43,852 nt of DNA. Source: Xanthobacteraceae bacterium (GTDB lineage: Bacteria > Pseudomonadota > Alphaproteobacteria > Rhizobiales > Xanthobacteraceae). Made by a program: the position numbers and the translations under genes. Within the stretch, counting starts at the first letter, position 1. Every line of letters starts with the position of its first letter. The notes beneath the pieces were generated by a model, which saw only the letters and a list, made by a program, of their open reading frames with translations, had not been told where the DNA came from and did no database searches. This document shows, piece by piece, positions 30,129-38,105 of the stretch. The DNA is taken from positions 1 to 43,852 of the forward strand of contig DASSJW010000587.1 of the NCBI GenBank assembly GCA_035690995.1, given 5' to 3'.

Positions 30129-30518
30129 TCAGTTCCTCAGTTGATCGATTTCGACGACGAGCGCCTGTAGGTCTCGCGCAGCGACAGCCTTTGCGGCGTC
30201 ATCACGCGCGGCTTTCCCATCAATGAGCAGCTTGGTAGCCGCCCGGTTGATTTCCCGAATTCGACCGGCGTCCGCCGCGCTGATGGGGCAAGGCAGCGAC
30301 GGGGCCTCGATGCAGGCCTTCCCGGCTTCGTTCGCGGCGGTCGCGGCTCCGTTGTAGGCATACTCAGCCACGACAAACGCCTGAGTGCCCGTGGCCACGA
30401 CCTTGCCGCCGACGGTACCAATGCTCGAGGCGATGGTGCTCGCGGCCGATATGGCCGGCAGTGCCGCACAGCCCGGCAGCGCAAGCGCCAGGGCTGCGAC
30501 AATCGCTAGTCGCTTCAT
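30129..30518 (-). CDS. lipoprotein (lipobox LPGC)
   Basis: MKRLAIVAALALALPGCA signal and lipobox. AAGGAGAA SD. Confidence 0.7.
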   Translation of the reverse strand: MKRLAIVAALALALPGCAALPAISAASTIASSIGTVGGKVVATGTQAFVVAEYAYNGAATAANEAGKACIEAPSLPCPISAADAGRIREINRAATKLLIDGKAARDDAAKAVAARDLQALVVEIDQLRN

Positions 30519-30546
30519 TCCAGTTCTCCTTCGTTGAAATGGGCCG

Positions 30547-30741
30547 CTAGGAGCGCGTGCCCTCGATCACCCGCGCCTCGAATGCGCCGTGCCGGATCAG
30601 CCGGATGGCGTGATCTCGCGCTCGGGCCGAGTTGTAAGCTTCGCTCTGGGCAATGATCTCGCTGTTCCCGACAACGACCAGGCGGAAGAAGTAGCGGCGG
30701 CCACGCAGGGTCAGCCGCTCGAAAGTCTCGAAGCGGATCAT
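30547..30741 (-). CDS. DUF1508 (YegP-like) single-domain protein
   Basis: 64 aa. YFFRLVVVGNSEIIAQSEAYNSARARDHAIRLI matches the YegP repeat pattern. Confidence 0.65.
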   Translation of the reverse strand: MIRFETFERLTLRGRRYFFRLVVVGNSEIIAQSEAYNSARARDHAIRLIRHGAFEARVIEGTRS

Positions 30742-30742
30742 G

Positions 30743-31399
30743 TCAGCAACTCCTCAGTTGGCCGTCATGCAGGAAGCCATGCCATTGGCTGGTCAGGATC
30801 GAGCCCCCGCCGGCGGCGCACGTCGTTTGCCCCGGCTTGCCCTTCCGAACGTCGAGCGTGCCATCTTCAGGCCGTCCCGAGCGGTTCCAGCACCAGTGCA
30901 CGTCGTCATACTTCAGGGTGCAATTGTTGCAGCGGCTATCGATGATCCAGTCATGACCATCGGGCAGGCGGCAGACGAGCACGCGGCCGTCGTCCGGATG
31001 AAGGCGCTCAAGATAGCGGATCTGGTTGTCGGTGAAGGGCGCGCCGTCTTTGTCGACGTAGGAGATCCAGTTGTGGATCTCGCCCTCCTCCTTCCACGCC
31101 ACCGCCGCCCTCACGGCTCCAGCTGGTAGGTTGGGATGCGGCAAGCCAAGCTCAGGCCGCTCCCGGAAGCCATGATCGATGAACATCTCGCCGGTGTCGG
31201 GCCGCCGATAGACTGTGTCTGTCCCAGCTGAGCAGATGCGGGTCGATGCTCCGCACTGCCGGCAAGCGATGTAAGTTGCCTTCGGGATGCGCTGCGCCCG
31301 GGCCCGACGGAATGTCGAGACATTGCAGGCGTCGCAGTATGCGCCCTGATGGTAGAACTTCTTGCCCGTCGGCTCGACGAAGAAGACGGGGATGCTCAT
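30743..31399 (-). CDS. Cys-rich protein (N-terminal zinc-ribbon-like; C-terminus DUF6527-like)
   Basis: 218 aa. CDAC...CRQC, then CNNC...WCWNRSGRPEDGTL...SILTSQWHGFLHDGQL. ATGA overlap with the endolysin stop. Confidence 0.55.
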   Translation of the reverse strand: MSIPVFFVEPTGKKFYHQGAYCDACNVSTFRRARAQRIPKATYIACRQCGASTRICSAGTDTVYRRPDTGEMFIDHGFRERPELGLPHPNLPAGAVRAAVAWKEEGEIHNWISYVDKDGAPFTDNQIRYLERLHPDDGRVLVCRLPDGHDWIIDSRCNNCTLKYDDVHWCWNRSGRPEDGTLDVRKGKPGQTTCAAGGGSILTSQWHGFLHDGQLRSC

Positions 31400-32004
31400 G
31401 CGAGGTTCTCCGGTCGGAGACCTTCAGCCCTGATCGCATACAGCTTGGCCGAGCATTCGGCCTTCGTGACCTTGCCATCCTTGTTGAGGTCGAGACCGAC
31501 ATTCTGGCGATAGGCGACGCCGCCGGTGAACAGCGCGTAGTCGTCACCCTTGCCGACGGCTGAGGGCCAGAGGATGGCCATGTAGACGTCGCTCAGGCTC
31601 GGCAGACGTCCCTTCCACGGCCGGAAGTACTTGTAGACGAAGTTGAGCTGATCCTCGGCCGTCATGCCTGCCAGCGCGTCCGTCGTCGTTCCAAGAGATC
31701 TGGCGGTCGACGGCATGAACTGGATGAGCCCGGTGGCGCCGGAGCCAGCCAGGTTACGCTTCGATGGCGAGAAGCTGCGACCGCTCTCCCAAGCCATGCA
31801 TGCCATGAGGTCGTTGGCGTCCAGCTGCAGCGTCTCAGCTATCCAGCGCACGCGCTTCCGGAATTCGTCCGAGACCTTTGCGCCCCAGCAGAGCGGGGCC
31901 TTGGCAGGAGGCTGCGCGCGACATTCAAGCTCCTGCCGGCACTCCGCCAGCAGCGCTTCCGCCTGGCCGAGCCGCGCTGCGATCAACTTGTCGGTCAGCG
32001 CCAT
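31396..32004 (-). CDS. endolysin, lytic transglycosylase (SLT)-like
   Basis: 202 aa. MAWESGRSFSPS...GATGLIQFMPSTA matches the SLT catalytic Glu and GLxQ pattern. Confidence 0.7.
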   Translation of the reverse strand: MALTDKLIAARLGQAEALLAECRQELECRAQPPAKAPLCWGAKVSDEFRKRVRWIAETLQLDANDLMACMAWESGRSFSPSKRNLAGSGATGLIQFMPSTARSLGTTTDALAGMTAEDQLNFVYKYFRPWKGRLPSLSDVYMAILWPSAVGKGDDYALFTGGVAYRQNVGLDLNKDGKVTKAECSAKLYAIRAEGLRPENLA

Positions 32005-32387
32005 GTCGGCTCCTCCGGAGCATCGCTTGAAGGCGCGACGCTAAGATCTGGGCCCGTGTAGGCAGCGGCTGCACCTGAAGACTCGGCAGTTGGCACCGGC
32101 TCGGCCGGTGGATTGACCACCTTCACGGGCTGCGGCGTCAGGGGCGACGTTGTCGCGGTCTCAGCGAGCGAGGCGGCCCGATCAGCAAGTTCACCACCCT
32201 GCTTGGTGGCCTGGTACGCCCAAGCTACCGGCCCACCGACATAGCCGGTCAGCACGATTGCCGTGGCAAGCACCTTGAAGAACTCGTCGTTTCGCAGCTC
32301 GGGAAACGCCGCGATCATCCAGAGGACCATGATCGTCAGGGCGAAGACGGAGATCCCGATCCACCCGCGCGCATCGATGTGCATCAT
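31995..32387 (-). CDS. two-TM membrane protein with Pro-rich tail (holin candidate)
   Basis: 130 aa. Hydrophobic spans GWIGISVFALTIMVLWMIAAF and VLATAIVLTGYVGGPVAWAY. Confidence 0.5.
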   Translation of the reverse strand: MMHIDARGWIGISVFALTIMVLWMIAAFPELRNDEFFKVLATAIVLTGYVGGPVAWAYQATKQGGELADRAASLAETATTSPLTPQPVKVVNPPAEPVPTAESSGAAAAYTGPDLSVAPSSDAPEEPTWR

Positions 32388-32797
32388 CGCTGCTCCTCTC
32401 GTTTCGATTGCATGTCTTCGCGGATCAGGTCCGCCAGGCGTCGCGCGGCGTCGGCCGTTGCTGGCGGCATCGCCTCCAGCGCGATCGGCTGGCCGCTGAC
32501 CAGTTGGAATGTGATCATCTGCCGGTGGAGGCCGGCAATCTCCTTTCGGAGCTCTTCAAGCTGCCGGTCGCATTCACGGCGCTCGATGGCGAGTTGCTCG
32601 CTACCCTCTTCGAGTTTGCCCTCCAGCGTACCGATGCGCTCGAGCAGATCCTTGCGGAGCGAGCCGTCGGCCTCGATCGATAGTTTCTTGAGGGCAGGCC
32701 AGCCCTTGATGAGCGTGACCATGGCAATGAGGACGAGCGTCCAGACACCATAGCCAGCGCCACGTTGAGCAAGTTCGGCCAACTGCAATTCATTCAT
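32384..32797 (-). CDS. N-terminal TM + coiled-coil protein (i-spanin-like)
   Basis: Start moved to ATG 32797 (ATGA overlap), giving 137 aa. YGVWTLVLIAMVTLIKGW followed by a long heptad-like region. Confidence 0.5.
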   Translation of the reverse strand: MNELQLAELAQRGAGYGVWTLVLIAMVTLIKGWPALKKLSIEADGSLRKDLLERIGTLEGKLEEGSEQLAIERRECDRQLEELRKEIAGLHRQMITFQLVSGQPIALEAMPPATADAARRLADLIREDMQSKREEQR

Positions 32798-33129
32798 CGA
32801 ACCCCCCTGGCGATACGCCACGCGCGGACGGAGAGGACCGCCGCGGCGATCGACAGAGTGTAGAGGCCGGCCCAGATGATGAGCTCGTTGCGGCCCATGG
32901 TCTCGATGGCGGCCGGGAACAGCACCCAGCGGATGATGAAGCCCACATTCAGGGCGGCCATGAAGGCAATCGGGCTGACCAGGACGTCGATCGGATCGGC
33001 CCGCGAGGGTCCGTGCATGGGCGCTCGCCATATCCGCCACACTGCAGGCGCAAACAGCGCCATGGGCAGCAGCCAGGCGAAGCCGCTGGCGATCTGCAAG
33101 GACTGAAGAACGAGCGTCAGTGCACTCAT
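32794..33129 (-). CDS. three-TM membrane protein (holin candidate)
   Basis: 111 aa with three hydrophobic spans. It is the first gene of the lysis block. Confidence 0.5.
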   Translation of the reverse strand: MSALTLVLQSLQIASGFAWLLPMALFAPAVWRIWRAPMHGPSRADPIDVLVSPIAFMAALNVGFIIRWVLFPAAIETMGRNELIIWAGLYTLSIAAAVLSVRAWRIARGVR

Positions 33130-33253
33130 ACAGGCTCCATCGAAGGGCTATGACGCAGCGACCCGGATCGGGACGGCGAATGATGATGAGGGGCCCAGCG
33201 AGTTTGCAGCTAGGCTGAAACCAATGTTAACTTGCCTGCTCTAGAGGGGCGGG

Positions 33254-34627
33254 ATGAAGAGCTATCGGGCCACGCCGTTCATTGTGGCGAGTTCCGTTTT
33301 TGGACTGCTCGCGGTCCTCTTCGTAACCGGCCACCGCGACGCCTATCACGCCATCCTTCACGGCTGGGGCGTAGACTCTTTCGTGTTTCCCTTCCTCGAC
33401 ATCGAAGGGATGCTTTCATCTATTCGGTGCCTCAGGCTGGGCATCGACGTCTTCGCAACCAACCCCTGCGACGTGCTAGGGCGCGTTTTCGACTATCCTC
33501 CGATTTGGCTGCTGCTCGCAAACATGCAGCTGCTCCTGTCAGATTGTGGGACGTTGGAATTGCCGTCGGCGATTCCGCTTCACCGCGCCGTGCGACTGTG
33601 GTCTATTTATCGGGCTCGGATCGGGGGTTACGTGAGCTATCGCCCAGAACTGGATGGCCTGCGCGCGTTAGCGGTGTTGGCGGTCGTGCTCTTCCATTCC
33701 GCGCCACAGGGGCCGGTCGTTGGAGGTTTTCTCGGCGTGGACCTGTTTTTCGTCCTGTCGAGTTTCCTGATTACATCGATACTCGTTCGCCAGCCCGACC
33801 TGCGCCGGTTTTACCTCCGGCGCGCTGCGCGCTTAATGCCCGCCCTTGGCCTGTTCCTGCTGGTCTATGTGGCAATCGCGCCCTCTGTCTGGCCGGGGCA
33901 TCCGCATGGCAGAGACGCCTTGCTCGCTGGCCTGTATCTTAGCGACTACAGCTACGCGCTGACCGCAACTCCGCTTTACCTCCGCCACACTTGGTCACTG
34001 GCGATCGAGGAGCAGTTCTATCTGCTTTGGCCGCTTGCGCTGTTACTTCTGTCCCGCACCCGAAAACCTATACTTTGGCTTGGGGCTGCGTGGATAGCGT
34101 TCACGATATGGAGAACCATGCACGCGGATCAGCAAGTTCAATCCTATTACCGCCTCGATACGCACGGCACAGGGCTGATCCTCGGTGCGATGCTGTTTTT
34201 CAGCGGGTGGCGTGGCAGCGCGGTGACTGCATGGGCTGGTATTGTGATCTTTGGCGTCCTCAGCTTCACGGCGCAATTTGCAGCGGCATGGTCCGCAATT
34301 CCACTCGCGGAGTTGGCGGCGGCTCTGCTGATTGGATCCGCGGCGTCCCTGCGGTTCCTGACGAACCCCGCCCTCGTGTGGCTAGGGAAGTGGTCTTACG
34401 CGATTTATCTCTGGCACTTCCCCGTCTCACTTATCACGCGCGAGCATCTGCCATTCTTCGCTTCCGCAGCAGTCACTCTTGGGTTCGCAGTCGTGGCCGC
34501 AGCTATTTCCTGGGCAACCGTGGAGGCGTGGGGCCGCACCTTACGCGATCGAATAGAAGCTCGAAGGCGCATTGAGGTTGGAGTGCTCGCCGGCGATCCA
34601 GTCAGCCGAAAGAACGCTCGGGCGTAG
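33254..34627 (+). CDS. acyltransferase family 3 (OafA/Oac-like) membrane protein with ~125-aa N-terminal extension
   Basis: YRPELDGLRALAVLAVVLFH...GFLGVDLFFVLSSFLIT begins at about aa 128. GAGGGG SD at ATG 33254. Lies on the opposite strand to the flanking late genes. Confidence 0.75.
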   Translation: MKSYRATPFIVASSVFGLLAVLFVTGHRDAYHAILHGWGVDSFVFPFLDIEGMLSSIRCLRLGIDVFATNPCDVLGRVFDYPPIWLLLANMQLLLSDCGTLELPSAIPLHRAVRLWSIYRARIGGYVSYRPELDGLRALAVLAVVLFHSAPQGPVVGGFLGVDLFFVLSSFLITSILVRQPDLRRFYLRRAARLMPALGLFLLVYVAIAPSVWPGHPHGRDALLAGLYLSDYSYALTATPLYLRHTWSLAIEEQFYLLWPLALLLLSRTRKPILWLGAAWIAFTIWRTMHADQQVQSYYRLDTHGTGLILGAMLFFSGWRGSAVTAWAGIVIFGVLSFTAQFAAAWSAIPLAELAAALLIGSAASLRFLTNPALVWLGKWSYAIYLWHFPVSLITREHLPFFASAAVTLGFAVVAAAISWATVEAWGRTLRDRIEARRRIEVGVLAGDPVSRKNARA

Positions 34628-36274
34628 ATAAGCGAAGCCAAGTTGGCCCTGCCACAGCTCAGCGTAATCGGCATCTTCGCCGCCAATAAGCAATTTATTC
34701 AGCGTTGAGGGCACGGCCGTGATGCCGCTTTGCGAATTGCGCTGGGTGCCGTCGACATAGATCCTGCGTGCGGTCGTACCCTGGTAGACGGCGTGGACGC
34801 GATAGTTCGTCCCGATAGCTGGGTTGAGGGCGGGTGAGCACTCGAGCCATGAGTTGTTCACGTCCCAGATCGCTAGGGTGGTTGTCGAATTGCGGTAGGC
34901 GATAACCTGCCGGGTATTGGCGCTCGCAAGCGCTGCCGAGTTCACATAGGACAAAGCACAGCGGTTCTGCGCCTTGGCACCGATGTTGAGCGTCACGGCC
35001 ATTGTGTAAGTTTGGTAGGACGACCGCGATCCAGTCTCGATCGTGCCACCAGCAGAGGTGATGTTGAACCCGCCCTGCGCTGACTTCCCTAGCCGGTAGG
35101 GTCTCCAGGCTTCTACCCGCTGAACCGATCCCGCACTTGGATCGAATAGTTGCAATAGCGCGTCATCGCGGTGCCCTATTCCCTCGTAATTGTCGCCAAC
35201 GCCCTGCCCGAAGCCGATGCCGCCAGAGCCCCCCGGAAGGTTTCCGACGGTCGTAACACCCGCATAGCTGACGCGGATAGTCTCATCGTTGGCGTCTTGG
35301 CTGATCCAGAAATAGTCCTGCCACCATGTAAGACCCTGCGGCTGTGAGATAGTGTGGTCCATGGTGAGCTGACCGACGTAAGCTCCGGTTGATGGATTAT
35401 ACTTCCACAGTTTGTCAGTGTTGGCGTCGAAGTCACAAACATAGAGCAGACCATCGACAGGGCAGTATGCAATACTGGCGCTTTCGTGGGCCTGAGCGTG
35501 AATGTCGAACGATTGAACGAAGCTGAGGTCGCTCGCGCGGAAAACCCCGATGTGTCCGTTGTAGAGGCCGCCTGACGCGGGCCAGCATTCCATGGGAACG
35601 TACAGAAGCCCATTGTACACGTCGAGGTCGCCACAATGGTTGATAGCGGGACTTCCGCTGATTCCTGCGGAGCCGATCGGATTGGTGTTGCTTGCAACAA
35701 GGGCCCAACTCGAGTTCCACTTGTAGATCGCGTTGGTGTCGGCTGTGTAATAGTGTGTGCCGTCCCAACAGACACCCTGATGACTGTCGACGTCGCTGGT
35801 GCTCGTCTCGATCTTCTCAAAAAGGTCGGGATCTCCGACGATTGATGCCTGCGTCTTCCCAGTTCGATCATCGCCTGCGGTGATGCCGAACAGGAACACA
35901 GATTCGTAGTCTGACCAGACTGCATTGCGGCCGTACGCGCTTGCGTCAGCTGCTCGGTCATCCGTGCCGTTCCCGTACAGGGTGATTGCGGTCGCGGACG
36001 CCGCGAAGAGGGTCGGCACCTTCACAAATGCAGCACCCTTACCTTCTGCAGTGGAGCACCAGACGACGTCCACCGGGATCTGCGTCCCGCTGACTGATGC
36101 TCGAAGGTCTTTGCCCTTGTTCGTGTTCGCCCAGAACTGCGAGGGCATATCATCCAGGTCAATGTAGAGCGGGTAGTTCGTCAGGTTTGAAGCAACCTTA
36201 CCGCTCGGGACCGTAAGCGTGGCCGTCCATGATGAAGCGGCCTTGCGCATCCGCAGCGCCTCGAAAGGCATCAT
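34541..36274 (-). CDS. tail-associated protein: DUF2341-like N-terminus, repeat/propeller-like middle, LamG/ConA-like C-terminus
   Basis: 577 aa. LTNYPLYIDLDD...DLRASVSGTQIPVDVVW...AFVKVPTL...ITLYGNG is DUF2341-like. RRIYVDG...WQGQLGFAYL is LamG-like. Confidence 0.55.
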   Translation of the reverse strand: MMPFEALRMRKAASSWTATLTVPSGKVASNLTNYPLYIDLDDMPSQFWANTNKGKDLRASVSGTQIPVDVVWCSTAEGKGAAFVKVPTLFAASATAITLYGNGTDDRAADASAYGRNAVWSDYESVFLFGITAGDDRTGKTQASIVGDPDLFEKIETSTSDVDSHQGVCWDGTHYYTADTNAIYKWNSSWALVASNTNPIGSAGISGSPAINHCGDLDVYNGLLYVPMECWPASGGLYNGHIGVFRASDLSFVQSFDIHAQAHESASIAYCPVDGLLYVCDFDANTDKLWKYNPSTGAYVGQLTMDHTISQPQGLTWWQDYFWISQDANDETIRVSYAGVTTVGNLPGGSGGIGFGQGVGDNYEGIGHRDDALLQLFDPSAGSVQRVEAWRPYRLGKSAQGGFNITSAGGTIETGSRSSYQTYTMAVTLNIGAKAQNRCALSYVNSAALASANTRQVIAYRNSTTTLAIWDVNNSWLECSPALNPAIGTNYRVHAVYQGTTARRIYVDGTQRNSQSGITAVPSTLNKLLIGGEDADYAELWQGQLGFAYLRPSVLSADWIAGEHSNLNAPSSFYSIA

Positions 36275-36276
36275 GG

Positions 36277-36990
36277 CTAAGCTTCCTGCGCTACCGCGAC
36301 GACGTCGATCTTATCGTCATCACTGTTGTAAATGCAGCCGAGATAGAGCGTCTTGTTGGCGACGGTCGTTGTTGGAAGCGTCACACCAATCGCCCGGTAC
36401 TTGGAACCGTACGTAATTGATCGGGCCGTGCCGTTGTCCTTGATCCGGATGGCCATGCCCCACCCGCCGTACGGTGTGCCGCTCCAGTTCGCGAGGGTCA
36501 GGCCGGCGGCCTGCGCCGTAATTTTCACCATGTCATCGCTGAACGTCGGCGTCACAGTCGCGCTGGCGGTGATCGACTGTATCGAGGGCGTGGCGGCCGC
36601 GGCGCCGAGCGTCGCGCGAGCGGTGGCCGCGTCGGCGTCATCGACCAGGGTCTTGATGAAGGCCGAAAACCCAAGTGTCGTGAGCTGCGCGGAAGCGTCT
36701 GCGTCATCCAGGAGAGCTCGGCCCGCCGCCGTGAAGTCGGCAAGGACGACGGCGTTGGGCCCGGTGTAGTACGCCAGTTTGTTTGCTGCGGATCCGGCAA
36801 CGGAGATTGCGTTGAGCAGGGCCGATAACGTGCCGCTCTCAAGCGATTGCAGGTACGCGGCGAGTGCGTTGAATTCGTCCGGAGCCCCGGCCATCCAGTC
36901 AACGAAGTTCTCCGCGAGCGTCGTGAACGTCGCCGGATTCTGCGAGCGAAGGGGTGGCGGCGGCGCCGCGGTGATCGTCGGAGCGGGCAC
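36277..36990 (-). CDS. tail fibre / receptor-binding protein B
   Basis: 237 aa with a GTG start and AGGAGA SD. N-terminal ~130 aa paralogous to 37236-38105 (SAANKLAYYTG...LLDDADASAQLTTLGFSA). Confidence 0.6.
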   Translation of the reverse strand: MPAPTITAAPPPPLRSQNPATFTTLAENFVDWMAGAPDEFNALAAYLQSLESGTLSALLNAISVAGSAANKLAYYTGPNAVVLADFTAAGRALLDDADASAQLTTLGFSAFIKTLVDDADAATARATLGAAAATPSIQSITASATVTPTFSDDMVKITAQAAGLTLANWSGTPYGGWGMAIRIKDNGTARSITYGSKYRAIGVTLPTTTVANKTLYLGCIYNSDDDKIDVVAVAQEA

Positions 36991-36999
36991 GGGTCTCTC

Positions 37000-37239
37000 C
37001 TAAGCGGCCGCGCCGGCGAGTAGTCCGCCGAGCGTCCAGAAGGTCAGGTCGAGGCGCGATCGCAGCGCGCGCCGCAGCGCCGGCAGGCTGATCTCGCCTT
37101 CTTCGGTGAGCTCGCGCACAACACCCATGCAGAAGCCGGCCCAAGCGCCGGTAAGTGCGCCTGGCGCGAATGCGAGCGGAAGCAGGCCCACAACCGCCGC
37201 AGCTGCATGAGCCGATTGATCGCGCAGCTCCTTGGTCAT
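37000..37239 (-). CDS. 79-aa hydrophobic protein between the two fibre genes
   Basis: ATG 37237-37239 overlaps the fibre A stop (ATGA). Two hydrophobic segments. Confidence 0.45.
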   Translation of the reverse strand: MTKELRDQSAHAAAAVVGLLPLAFAPGALTGAWAGFCMGVVRELTEEGEISLPALRRALRSRLDLTFWTLGGLLAGAAA

Positions 37240-38105
37240 GTGCGGATTGCGTAGAGAAGTGCGATGTTGCGCGGGCGCGTCTCGCTTCCGCCGGTAAGGC
37301 TCGTGTTCACCGGTGAGACTGAGCCGTCGATGCCAGTCTCGACGTTGCCGCCGGCGGACCCGCCGGGATTCCCGTCGACGGTGTGTCGGTGCGACTTGAG
37401 CTCGTCCGCCTGAGCCGAGCCGAAGGTGCGCCCGGTATCGACGTTGCGGCCATGGTCCCAGCCGCGGATGAATTCGCCTCGGAGATCCGGCACGTTGAAA
37501 TGCGTACCGTCGACGGAGCCGAACGTGGTCCCGATCGCCGTGAAGAGCGCCGGGTAGGTTGCCCTTAGCACCGACGCGCCGTCGCACTCGAGCCAGCCTG
37601 CAGGTGCCGCGCTCATGGCGAAGGCCTGAACCGCGCCGGCAGGGACTTGCCTGACCGCCGCGATGCTGTCGTTGATGGCCGTGGCCGTCTCGGTCGTGCT
37701 CGGAACGCCGAGGGCGGCGCGCATCGCCGCATAGTCCAACGCGGTGATGAAGGTCCGCGCGTTGGCGCTGAGCCCGAGCGTCGTCAGGACCGCGGTTGCG
37801 TCGGCATCGTCCAGCAGCGACCGGGCGAAGGCCGTGAGGTCCGCCAGCGCAGCCGTGCCGGATCCGGTGAAGTAGGGCAGTTTGTTCGCGGCCGAGACAA
37901 GTCCGGCGAGCGCGAGCAGCTCGGCATCCGCCCCGGAAACGCCAAGCGATGCTCCGAACGCAGCCGCATAGGTCGACCAGGCGTTCAGCGCATCATCGAG
38001 GCCGGCGATGTAGGCGACGAAGTTGTCGGCCGCCTCGATGAACTCCTCGGGCAGCATTGAACGCGTCGGCGCCGTGGGGGCCGTCGGAATAGTGGGCCAA
38101 GGCAT
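37236..38105 (-). CDS. tail fibre protein A with phage tail-collar domain
   Basis: 289 aa. PAGWLECDGASVLRATYPALFTAIGTTFG...FNVPDLRGEFIRG matches the tail-collar pattern. Confidence 0.75.
   Translation of the reverse strand: MPWPTIPTAPTAPTRSMLPEEFIEAADNFVAYIAGLDDALNAWSTYAAAFGASLGVSGADAELLALAGLVSAANKLPYFTGSGTAALADLTAFARSLLDDADATAVLTTLGLSANARTFITALDYAAMRAALGVPSTTETATAINDSIAAVRQVPAGAVQAFAMSAAPAGWLECDGASVLRATYPALFTAIGTTFGSVDGTHFNVPDLRGEFIRGWDHGRNVDTGRTFGSAQADELKSHRHTVDGNPGGSAGGNVETGIDGSVSPVNTSLTGGSETRPRNIALLYAIRT

Noticed and set aside
29138-30170. 295-aa and 166-aa plus-strand ORFs
   Set aside because: They are antisense to the signal-peptide/Calx-beta gene and the coiled-coil gene, and are shadow frames.
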